A DNA stretch of 64,000 nucleotides, from the NCBI GenBank assembly GCA_964016885.1, contig OZ024741.1:71176001-71240000 (forward strand), written 5' to 3'. Under the pieces are notes generated by a model that ran no database searches, was not told the DNA's origin, and worked only from the letters and a program-made list of their open reading frames with translations. Made by a program: the position numbers and the translations under genes. This DNA is from Eledone cirrhosa (Eukaryota). Of this stretch, positions 41,476 through 53,800 are shown piece after piece; position 1 is the stretch's first letter, and the number at the start of each line of letters is the position of its first letter.

Positions 41476-42317
41476 ACGATATTTGTTCGTAATTTTCAAC
41501 TGCTATTTTTACTTCTGTTGTCACTCTTGTCTTCATAAAAACAGTGACTATATTTCCATTATTCATTTTAAGAATAATTGATTATGAATAATTTTGAACC
41601 TCCAAATTTGTGGAAGAGACACGGAGTTCTTCTTGGAATCCGCACTGGGAGGACAAATAAGGAAATTTCAGACTTTCTCCGAGTCAGCAGGAGAATGGTG
41701 GAAAAGGTCAGAAAGGAATTGGAAGATTCAGGATTCGACTACAAAGCAACATCAGAGAGGAAAACACATGATCGATGATCTGACGCCTTCAGAACGTCCG
41801 AGTTCATCGCTGAAGTTCAGGATATCATCAACAATGAACCTAGCAAGTCGATGCGTACCATTGCAAGCGAGAAAAGCATGGATGAAAAGCTCATTAGGCT
41901 GCAGGTAGGCCGTACGTGCAACAGCAAGACTCAGCGGCCTGCCATACCAGCCGAAAGACCCAAGCCTGGCTGTCAGAGAACTTCGTCGACCACACTTCAC
42001 CTGACATCTGGCCTCCCACAACTTATTTGTGTGGGGCACAGTGGAACGAGACACTAACAGATCTAGCTGCAACACGAAAGACGATCTGAAGGCCAGGATC
42101 ACAAGTGCCTTTAGGGGGACAGTGACGAAGGCCTGTAGCCGGTTCCGAGGCCACCTTGAGGCCGTCATCAAAGCCAATGGCGGGTTTATCGAGTGAGATC
42201 GAAAGAACAAGTCATGAAGACAAACTGACTCAAGTTTGATAAATAAATCTTAAAAATAAAACTACTGTGTTATTTTTTCATAGACAGTAATCTTGCAAAC
42301 AAATATCGTCCGCACTG
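41476..42317 (+). mobile_element. Internally deleted Tc1/mariner-superfamily transposon, maT/DD37D-like
   Basis: HTH region (GRTNKEISDFLRVSRRMVEKV; PSKSMRTIA), QQDSAACHTSRKTQAWL, DIWPP, VWGTVE, ACSRFRGHLEAVIKANGGFIE*. Right TIR ...aacaaatatcgtccgcactg|TA matches left remnant acgatatttgtt. Confidence 0.88.
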
Positions 42318-42340
42318 TATATATATATATATATACATAC

Positions 42341-42383
<43 letters not shown>

Positions 42384-42418
42384 CACATACATACATATAT
42401 ATATATATATATACATAC

Positions 42419-42451
<33 letters not shown>

Positions 42452-42456
42452 CATAC

Positions 42457-42501
<45 letters not shown>

Positions 42502-42504
42502 CAC

Positions 42505-42535
<31 letters not shown>

Positions 42536-42536
42536 C

Positions 42537-42567
<31 letters not shown>

Positions 42568-42568
42568 C

Positions 42569-42599
<31 letters not shown>

Positions 42600-42600
42600 C

Positions 42601-42633
<33 letters not shown>

Positions 42634-42638
42634 CATAC

Positions 42639-42669
<31 letters not shown>

Positions 42670-42742
42670 CATACATACATACATATATATATATATATAC
42701 ATACACATACATACATACATATATATATATATATACATACAC

Positions 42743-42773
<31 letters not shown>

Positions 42774-43224
42774 CATATACATACATACATATATATATAT
42801 ATACATACACATACATACATATATATATATATATACATACACATACATACATACATATATATATATATATACATACACATACATACATACATATATATAC
42901 ATACACATACATACATATATATATATACATACACATATATATATACATACACATATATATATACATACACATACATACATATATATATATACATACACAT
43001 ACATACATATATATATATATATATACATACACATACATACATATATATATACATATACATACACATACATACATACATATATACATATACATACACATAC
43101 ATACATACATATATATATACATACACATACATACATATATATATACATACACATACATACATATATATATACATACACATACATACATATATATATACAT
43201 ACACATACATACATATATACATAC

Positions 43225-43255
<31 letters not shown>

Positions 43256-43261
43256 CATACA
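42318..43261. repeat. (TA)/(TACA) microsatellite
   Basis: Directly visible. Confidence 0.97.
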
Positions 43262-45002
43262 CATACTTAGCTTTTGTCGACTTGGAGAAAGCCTTCGACA
43301 GAGTCCCCCGTTCCATTATCTGGTGGGCTCTTAGAAAACTAGGTGTTGATGAATGGCTTGTGAGAGCTATACAAGCCATGTATAAAGAAACAGTCAGCAA
43401 GGTTAGAATTAACAACGAATATAGTGAAGAGTTTAGCGTAAAAGTTGGCGTCCATCAGGGCTCTGTTCTCAGCCCCCTACTATTTATTATTGCCCTTCAG
43501 GCTATAACAGAGGAGTTCAAGACCGGCTGCCCATGGGAACTCCTATATGCAGATGACCTAACACTCATAGCTCAATCAATGGCCGAGCTAGAGAAGAAAT
43601 TCCAAACATGGAAGCACGGCCTAGAATCAAAAGGCCTTAAAATTAACCTGGCTAAGACCAAAGTTCTAGTTTGTAGGAAAGAAAATAAGGCGGCGGTCCC
43701 TTCCGGGAAGTGGCCATGCTCAGTGTGTAGGAAAGGCGTAGGTAGAAACTCCATTTTGTGTCCCAAATGCAAAGTATGGGTGCATAAAAGATGTAGTGGG
43801 ATCACAGGTAAGCTAACTAAGAACATAGATTTTACATGTGGCCGGTGCTCTGGTGCAATAAGAAGCAGCAAGTGCCCACAAAATACTAGCTCTTTCAACT
43901 GCGCAAAGGGCTCTATAGAAATAGTGGACAGCTTCCGTTACCTGGGTGACAAAATCAGCAGTGGGGGAGGGTGCTCTGAAAGTACAGTAGCTAGAGTCAG
44001 AACTGGATGGAAAAGATTCAGAGAGCTTATACCACTATTAGCCGCTAGAGGGTTCTCCCTAAAAATGAAAGGCAGGTTGTATGATGCCTGCATACGAACA
44101 GCAATGTTGCATGGCAGTGAGACCTGGGCATTGTGTGCAGAGGATATACGCAGACTAGAGAGGAACGAAGCTTGCATGCTCTGCTGGATGTGTAATAGTA
44201 ATATACGTGAACGGCAAAACATAAACGAACTAAGGAAAAAATTAGAAATAAGAGGGATCAGATGTTGTTTACTCGAGAGAAGGCTACGTTGGTATGGTCA
44301 CGTGATGCGCATGAAAGACGATAGCTGTATAACAAAGTGCAAGGCAATAAAGATAGACGGTAGCCACGGAATAGGCAGACCCAGAAAAACCTGGGACGAG
44401 CTGATAAATTCCGACCTCACACACTTACACCTCTCCAAGACAATGTCACTGGACCGAGACCTTTGGCGGTACTCAGTAATAGAGAAGACCCGCCTTACCT
44501 AAATACAAAGTAAAACCTACTACAGTCAGTAGGCATCTCTAACAAAATACACCCCCGTCCCACCACCACCACCCCATCCACACCGCCCCTTTCAATGTAA
44601 AGTTATGTTGGTGCCACAACATCCAGGCCGAAACAAATGAGATCGTGTAGGTGTCACGACAAAAAAACATACAGTCCACGCTGTAATGTGGCCGTGTAGG
44701 CAACACAGTAAAAACCTCCCAGCCCCACACTGTAAATGTGGTTGGTGTTAGGAAGGGCATCCAGCTGTAGAAAACCCGCCAGACAGTCCACGCCGTAATG
44801 TGGCCGTGTAGGCAACACGGTAAAAACCTCCCAGCCCCACGCTGTAAATGTGGTTGGTGTTAGGAAGGGCATCCAGCTGTAGAAAACCCGCCAGACAGTC
44901 CTATGCGAGCAAGACAATCACTCTTGCCTCAAGTGGGAAAACCCCCGTCCAAACCCATGCAAGCGTGGAACACGGACGTTAAACGTTGATGATGATGATG
45001 AT
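43262..45002 (+). mobile_element. Young 5'-truncated RTE LINE, subfamily B
   Basis: Uninterrupted RT frame, 3' UTR with two 112-bp units, tail 'ggacgttaaacgttgatgatgatgatg'. Confidence 0.96.
43264..44502 (+). pseudogene. RTE reverse transcriptase C-terminal part (5'-truncated, open frame) with an embedded C4HC3 PHD-like finger
   Basis: [76 protein letters not shown]. Confidence 0.93.
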
Positions 45003-45059
45003 ACATATATATACATACACATACATATATATACATACACATATATATATATATACATA

Positions 45060-45093
<34 letters not shown>

Positions 45094-45271
45094 CATACAC
45101 ATACATATATACATACACATACATACATATATACATACACATACATATATACATACACATACATATATACATACACATACATATGTACATAGATACATAT
45201 GTACATACAGATACATATGTACATACACATACATATATATATATATATATATTCATATACATACATATATC

Positions 45272-47266
45272 ATCATTTCATTTTACGTCCGCTTTTCCCT
45301 GCTTACAAGGGTGGGACGAGAACTGATTCTGGCTTGTTTTCTACAGCTGGATGCCCTTCCTAACACCAACCTCATTTACAGTCAGTGCTGGGTGTTTTTT
45401 TGCCGTGGCACCTCCACAACCACTTTGCAGTAGAATGATATGGACCCCCATCCCTATCATCTCATTTCTACAGCTGAGTAAACTGGAGCAATGTGAAATA
45501 AAGTGTCTTGCTCAAGGAAACAACACATTACCCGGTCTGAGAATTGAACTCACAACCTTTCGATTGCAAGGTCAATGCTCTAACCACTAAGCCATGTGCT
45601 TCCATTTGAAGGAAGAGGGTGGGACGGGAACTGATTCTGGCTTGATTTCTACAGCTGGATGCCCTTCCTAACACCAACCTCATTTACAGTGAGTACTGGG
45701 TGATTTTTTTCTGTGGCACCTACACGTCCACTTTACAGTGTGTGCTGGGTGCTTTTTTGCCGTGGCACCTCCACGACCACTTTGCAGTAGAATGATATGG
45801 ACCCCCATCCCTATCATCTCATTTCTACAGCTGAGTAAACTGGAGCAATGTGAAATAAAGTGTCTTGCTCAAGGAAACAACACATTACCCGGTCTGAGAA
45901 TTGAACTCACAACCTTTCGATTGCAAGGTCAATGCTCTAACCACTAAGCCATGTGCTTCCATTTGAAGGAAGAGGGTGGGACGGGAACTGATTCTGGCTT
46001 GATTTCTACAGCTGGATGCCCTTCCTAACACCAACCTCATTTACAGTGAGTACTGGGTGATTTTTTTCTGTGGCACCTACACGTCCACTTTACAGTGTGT
46101 GCTGGGTGCTTTTTTGCCGTGGCACCTCCACGACCACTTTGCAGTAGAATGATATGGACCCCCATCCCTATCATCTCATTTCTACAGCTGAGTAAACTGG
46201 AGCAATGTGAAATAAAGTGTCTTGCTCAAGGAAACAACACATTACCCGGTCTGAGAATTGAACTCACAACCTTTCGATTGCAAGGTCAATGCTCTAACCA
46301 CTAAGCCATGTGCTTCCATTTGAAGGAAGAGGGTGGGACGGGAACTGATTCTGGCTTGATTTCTACAGCTGGATGCCCTTCCTAACACCAACCTCATTTA
46401 CAGTGAGTACTGGGTGATTTTTTTCTGTGGCACCTACACGTCCACTTTACAGTGTGTGCTGGGTGCTTTTTTGCCGTGGCACCTCCACGACCACTTTGCA
46501 GTAGAATGATATGGACCCCCATCCCTATCATCTCATTTCTACAGCTGAGTAAACTGGAGCAATGTGAAATAAAGTGTCTTGCTCAAGGAAACAACACATT
46601 ACCCGGTCTGAGAATTGAACTCACAACCTTTCGATTGCAAGGTCAATGCTCTAACCACTAAGCCATGTGCTTCCATTTGAAGGAAGAGGGTGGGACGGGA
46701 ACTGATTCTGGCTTGATTTCTACAGCTGGATGCCCTTCCTAACACCAACCTCATTTACAGTGAGTACTGGGTGATTTTTTTCTGTGGCACCTACACGTCC
46801 ACTTTACAGTGTGTGCTGGGTGCTTTTTTGCCGTGGCACCTCCACGACCACTTTGCAGTAGAATGATATGGACCCCCATCCCTATCATCTCATTTCTACA
46901 GCTGAGTAAACTGGAGCAATGTGAAATAAAGTGTCTTGCTCAAGGAAACAACACATTACCCGGTCTGAGAATTGAACTCACAACCTTTCGATTGCAAGGT
47001 CAATGCTCTAACCACTAAGCCATGTGCTTCCATTTGAAGGAAGAGGGTGGGACGGGAACTGATTCTGGCTTGATTTCTACAGCTGGATGCCCTTCCTAAC
47101 ACCAACCTCATTTACAGTGAGTACTGGGTGATTTTTTTCTGTGGCACCTACACGTCCACTTTACAGTGTGTGCTGGGTGCTTTTTTGCCGTGGCACCTCC
47201 ACGACCACTTTGCAGTGGAATATGGACCCCACTCCCTATCATCTCATTTCTACAGCTGAGTAAACT
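45272..47266 (-). repeat. Tandem array of a 357-bp SINE-derived unit (~5.5 SINE copies)
   Basis: 'agggtgggacgggaactg' recurs near 45616, 45973, 46330, 46687 and 47044; identical ORFs every 357 bp. Confidence 0.97.
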
Positions 47267-47282
47267 ATATATATATACATAC

Positions 47283-47604
47283 ATCATAAAACATGTCTAT
47301 AGAATCACAAGATAAAATATATACTATTTCCTCTCCCAATTAGCATAATTAACTATATAAAAAATCGTATAGACCAGGCTATACGAATGAGGCTTCTATG
47401 AAGGAATCTCCGACAAATAACCAAAACTAGCGCTTCGCGTCGGCCGACGCGAAGCGCTAGTTTTGGTTATTTGTCGGAGATTCCTTCATAGAAGCCTCAT
47501 TCGTATAGCCTGGTCTATACGATTTTTTATATAGTTAATTATGCTAATTGGGAGAGGAAATAGTATATATTTTATCTTGTGATTCTATAGACATGTTTTA
47601 TGAT
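47283..47604. repeat. Perfect spacer-less palindrome with 161-bp arms
   Basis: Centre ctagcgcttcgcgtcgg|ccgacgcgaagcgctag at 47443/47444; arms read as exact reverse complements. Confidence 0.96.
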
Positions 47605-47934
47605 ATATAGCTGATTGTTTAATTTATTAATTTTTCATTGAGCCACAAAGTGACCGGTTGCAAAACACGTATATGTATGTGTATGTATATATATATATAT
47701 GTAAACTTTTATATATATATACATACATACATATATATGTGTATATAGACATACACACATACTTATATATACACACATATACATATATATGCACACACAC
47801 ATACATAAATACACACACACACACATATATATATACACACACATATATATGTATGTATGTGTGTGTGTGTATATATATATATATAAGTATGTATGTGTAT
47901 ATGTGTGTGTGTGTAATACATATACACATCATAT

Positions 47935-48050
47935 ATGCCAGCGTACAAGTCGATCTGGCACATATGTCGACCCCTAAAGTTCTGAGGTGTAAGTCAGGTT
48001 TAGGCCTATATTCACCGAATAAGGCAACCCTCCAAAAATAAGGCAGTACC
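47935..48050. mobile_element. Degenerate pogo/Tc2-like MITE fragment
   Basis: 'gtacaagtcga...tatgtcgacccc...taggcctatattc' motifs. Confidence 0.4.
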
Positions 48051-48084
48051 ATCTCCCTAACCCTAAATGCACTTGCCATTCTTT

Positions 48085-48520
48085 ATTTGTACGAAATATA
48101 ATAAAGGAAATAAACACTAAATAGTTGTAAAATAAAAATGCCAGTTTGTGTGCAAAAAGTGTGATGTGGCACTCTGCCCATATCCCTACTTCCAGAGGAA
48201 CCACAGACTGGTGGGTTAAAAAGTAGATTGCACCCAGGAACTCCACAAACAATAATAAATGTCACACATTTGCGATTTTTTGTTTTTGTGTTTTTTTGCT
48301 TGTTTTTCAATGTTAAAAGATACGTGCAGAACATAATGCATTACGTCAAAATATTGCTCGTGCATCCCTTTAATAACATTTTTTTAAATCAAGTCTGTAC
48401 ACAAAATACAAAGAAAGTTATAATAATTTAAAAACAAAGGGTGTTTACATTTTTTGGCACCACAAAAATAATGCAGTTGCAGGGGAAATAATTCAAAAAA
48501 TTTAGTGCGGTACTAAAGGC
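48085..48520 (+). mobile_element. piggyBac 3' remnant (C-terminal Cys-rich domain and right end)
   Basis: Translates ...QFVCKKCDVALCPYPYFQRNH; ends cggtactaaaggc|taa, close to ...AAAGGG|TTAA. Confidence 0.7.
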
Positions 48521-48565
48521 TAAGACACTTCTAAAACATGTATATACATGAATATATATACATGT

Positions 48566-48800
48566 ATATCTGTGTGTATGTATAAGTTAGAAGTATCAAT
48601 GTTGTTTGACTATGAAAAATAGTCCAATAAGTTGGGTATATAACACTTGCAGATGGACAAATTTGTACAGCACCGCCCGTGGGATTCAAACCCACATCTG
48701 TTATATACTGTACAAATGTTTTCCATCTCTAGGTGTTACATGCCCAACTTAGAATCATCAATGTTGAAAAATAGTCTAACTTATACATACACACAGATAT
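48566..48800. repeat. Imperfect foldback with a tRNA T-arm-like loop
   Basis: Outer 26 bp are perfect inverted repeats; inner ~42-bp arms at 48629-48670 and 48708-48750. Confidence 0.8.
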
Positions 48801-49256
48801 ATACATACATATACATGCACATACACACACACACACACGTGTGTGTGTGTGTGTGTGCGTGTGTAAAGCATATATGTATGTATATTTACATATATGTGTG
48901 TATGTGTGTCTCTGGATAGATAGATAGACAGATAGATAGAATCATTGGTTGGTATACTGTGACAGAGTGAGATACAGAGAAAGACTGACAAACCTAACCA
49001 ATCAACTCTTCTATTCTGGAAACTTTGTTACAGTTAATCTTAGAGTTTTGTCCGGAGGTGTGGAGTGCAAAGGCCAGTAGAACGATGTAAGTCCCTATCA
49101 TTTGATTAATAGCCAATCACAGCAGATAACTGACAATTGCCTATTACAATGGTGCCAGTAAAGATGGCTTCTTAGTTAGCTGTTTGATGGTTTTGTTTTT
49201 GTTATTTTTCTTATCAAGTGAAGCACCAACATTCTCATTTGCCTCCAAGGGTCTTC

Positions 49257-49296
<40 letters not shown>

Positions 49297-50163
49297 TATA
49301 TATATATTTATTTATATAAATACACACACACACACACACACACACAAATGTGTATATATACATATGTGTGTGTGTGTGTGTATTTGAAAATGAATGCACA
49401 CAGGAGACATATATGGTCTTGAGTGTGTGTAGGCTAAAGTATATAGCATTCATTGATTATAATATATCATCACCTTGTAGCATAAACCACAATCACGATT
49501 AAGAAGACAACACACAGCATTTTAAAAACATGTGGGGGAGAAAGAAATCAAATAGCATCATCATGCTATATCTATCACATAATTTATTGCATATATACAC
49601 ACACACACGTATACATATATATAGAAAGGGGGAGAGAGAGACAGGCTGGGACAAACATTGTGTGATATACAGTGTGTGTGTATGTGTGTGTGTGTACACA
49701 TATAATAGCTTTCTGTTATATATGTAAGTCCAACCATTGCAGGCAGGGAAAACATCTGAATGATGATGATAATGATGATGATGATGATGATGTGTGTGGT
49801 GGAGGTGAGGTGTATTCTAGACATTTACTTCTATAATTTCAAGCAACAGAATTAATATCAATCTTTCCATCAAATTTTTCAGTTCTATGTAAATAAAAGT
49901 ATTATCTTTGTCTTTGATGACGACAGTTAAGGAATCTGTTCCGTTTATAGCTATAAATAATATCTCTTCTCACATTCTATCAGATTCCAGTAACCCTGCA
50001 GAGATATTGCCAGAGAAATCTACTGGAACTGATTGATAATAATATGAATTAATATGTTCTTGGTGAAAATATTTCTGAAGACTTTAGTAAACTATTTGGA
50101 GAGAAGTGATTCTCAAACAGGAGACACTTGCATCCCAAAGGTGGAATTTCAAATCCTAGAGAA

Positions 50164-50495
50164 GGTAGAGGGTCGGACACTATGTGTTGGTATTTCATTT
50201 GATATATACACAAAGTTTCAATTTCTAAGTTGTGTAATGTTGATTAATCTGGGATAGGCTCCTGGGCTGATGAACCTCCAGGTTTGGAACATACGTCAAT
50301 TCTTTTAACATTATTCTTTCCCAGTGAATACAAACTGGGAAAGAATAATGTTAAAAGAATTGACGTATGTTCCAAACCTGGAGGTTCATCAGCCCAGGAG
50401 CCTATCCCAGATTAATCAACATTACACAACTTAGAAATTGAAACTTTGTGTATATATCAAATGAAATACCAACACATAGTGTCCGACCCTCTACC
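50164..50495. repeat. Inverted repeat with perfect 162-bp arms and an 8-nt loop (gaatacaa)
   Basis: 50164-50325 is the reverse complement of 50334-50495. Confidence 0.96.
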
Positions 50496-50637
50496 GATAC
50501 TCCTAATCCCCCAATATATATATATATAAAATAATATACCAATATACCCAACTATAGTGTACATTGTGTATATATCACATGAAATACCAATATACCCAAT
50601 ATACCCAACTATAGTATATATTGTGTATATATCAACT

Positions 50638-50825
50638 AATTGTTTTTACCTTTGACACAAGGCCAGCAATTATCCCAGTACATTACTGGTACTTTATTTT
50701 ATCGACCCCGTGAGAATGACAGGCAAAGTTAACCTCGGCAGGATTTGAACTCAGACCATAAATTGCAGTAACTCCATGCTGCAAAGCATGGCATCCAACC
50801 CTCTACTGATGCTGCTAATCCACCA
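50638..50825 (-). mobile_element. Meta/MESC-like SINE inserted among the oldest satellite monomers
   Basis: Reverse complement of the 4888-5078 family. Confidence 0.85.
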
Positions 50826-50834
50826 ATATATACA

Positions 50835-53800
50835 TCAAATAATATACTAATATACCCCACTATAGTGTATATTGTGTATATATCAACTGAAATACCAATA
50901 TACCCCCCCTATTGTGTATATATACCATATGAAATACTAATATACCCCCACTATAGTGTATATTGTGTATATACCATATGAAATACCAATATACCCCCAC
51001 TATAGTGTATATTGTGTATATATCAAATGAAATACTAATATACCCCACTATAGTGTATATTGTGTATATATCAAATGAAATACTAATATACCCCACTATA
51101 GTGTATATTGTGTATATATCAAATGAAATACTAATATACACAACTATAGTGTATATTGTGTATATATCAAATAAAATACTAATATATCCAACAACTGTGT
51201 ATATTGTGTATATATATATATCACATGAAATACTAATATACCCAGCTATAATGTACATTGTGTATATATCACATGAAATACATTGTAGTATACATTGTAT
51301 ATATACCATATGAAATACCAATATACCTAACTATAGTGTATATACCATATGAAATACTAATATACCTAACTATAGTGTATATACCATATGAAATACCAAT
51401 ATACCTAACTATAGTGTATATACCATATGAAATACCAATAAACCTGACTATAGTCTATATATCAAATGAAATACTAATATACCTGACTATAGTCTATATA
51501 CCATATGAAATACTAATATACCTAACTATAGTGTATATATCAAATGAAATACCAATATACCTAACTATAGTGTATATACCATATGAAATACCAATATACC
51601 TAACTATAGTCTATATATCAAATGAAATACCAATATACCTAACTATAGTGTATATATCAAATGAAATACTAATATACCTGACTATAGTGTATATATCAAA
51701 TGAAATACTAATATACCTAACTATAGTCTATATACCATATGAAATACCAATATACCTAACTATAGTGTATATATAAAATGAAATACTAATATACCTGACT
51801 ATAGTCTATATATCAAATGAAATACTAATATACCTGACTATAGTCTATATATCAAATGAAATACTAATATACCTAACTATAGTCTATATATCAAATGAAA
51901 TACCAATATACCTGACTATAGTCTATATACCATATGAAATACTAATATACCTAACTATAGTGTATATATCAAATGAAATACCAATATACCTGACTATAGT
52001 CTATATACCATATGAAATACTAATATACCTAACTATAGTGTATATATCATATGAAATACTAATATACCTAACTATAGTCTATATATCAAATGAAGTACTA
52101 ATATACCTAACTATAGTCTATATATCAAATGAAATACCAATATACCTAACTATAGTCTATATATCAAATGAAATACTAATATACCTAACTATAGTCTATA
52201 TATCAAATGAAATACTAATATACCTAACTATAGTCTATATATCAAATGAAATACTAATATACCTGACTATAGTGTATATATCAAATGAAATACTAATATA
52301 CCTGACTATAGTCTATATATCAAATGAAATACTAATATACCTAACTATAGTCTATATATCAAATGAAATACTAATATACCTGACTATAGTCTATATATCA
52401 AATGAAATACTAATATACCTGACTATAGTGTATATATCAAATGAAATACTAATATACCTAACTATAGTCTATATATCAAATGAAATACTAATATACCTAA
52501 CTATAGTGTATATATCATATGAAATACCAATATACCCAACTATAGTGTATATATCAAATGAAATACTAATATACCTGACTATAGTGCATATATCAAATGA
52601 AATACTAATATACCTAACTATAGTCTATATACCATATGAAATACTAATATACCTGACTATAGTCTATATATCAAATGAAATACTAATATACCTGACTATA
52701 GTCTATATATCAAATGAAATACCAATATACCTAACTATAGTCTATATATCAAATGAAATACTAATATACCTGACTATAGTCTATATATCAAATGAAATAC
52801 TAATATACCTGACTATAGTCTATATATCAAATGAAATACCAATATACCTGACTATAGTCTATATATCAAATGAAATACTAATATACCTGACTATAGTGTA
52901 TATATCAAATGAAATACTAATATACCTGACTATAGTCTATATATCAAATGAAATACTAATATACCTAACTATAGTCTATATATCAAATGAAATACTAATA
53001 TACCTAACTATAGTCTATATATCAAATGAAATACTAATATACCTAACTATAGTCTATATATCAAATGAAATACTAATATACCTGACTATAGTCTATATAT
53101 TAAATGAAATACTAATATACCTAACTATAGTGTATATATCATATGAAATACTAATATACCTAACTATAGTCTATATATCAAATGAAATACTAATATACCT
53201 AACTATAGTGTATATATCAAATGAAATACTAATATACCTAACTATAGTCTATATATCAAATGAAATACTAATATACCTAACTATAGTGTATATATCAAAT
53301 GAAATACTAATATACCTAACTATAGTCTATATATCATATGAAATACTAATATACCTAACTATAGTGTATATATCAAATGAAATACTAATATACCTAACTA
53401 TAGTGTATATATCAAATGAAATACTAATATACCTGACTATAGTCTATATATCATATGAAATACTAATATACCTAACTATAGTCTATATATCATATGAAAT
53501 ACTAATATACCTAATTATAGTCTATATATCAAATGAAATACTAATATACCTAACTATAGTGTATATATCAAATGAAATACCAATATACCTAACTATAGTC
53601 TATATATCAAATGAAATACCAATATACCTAACTATAGTGTATATATCAAATGAAATACTAATATACCTAACTATAGTGTATATATCAAATGAAATACCAA
53701 TATACCTAACTATAGTCTATATATCAAATGAAATACTAATATACCTAACTATAGTGTATATATCAAATGAAATACTAATATACCTAACTATAGTGTATAT

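Noticed and set aside
45272-47266. CRISPR-like array or retrozyme array
   Set aside because: Whole units are identical with no unique spacers, and I found no hammerhead core in the unit
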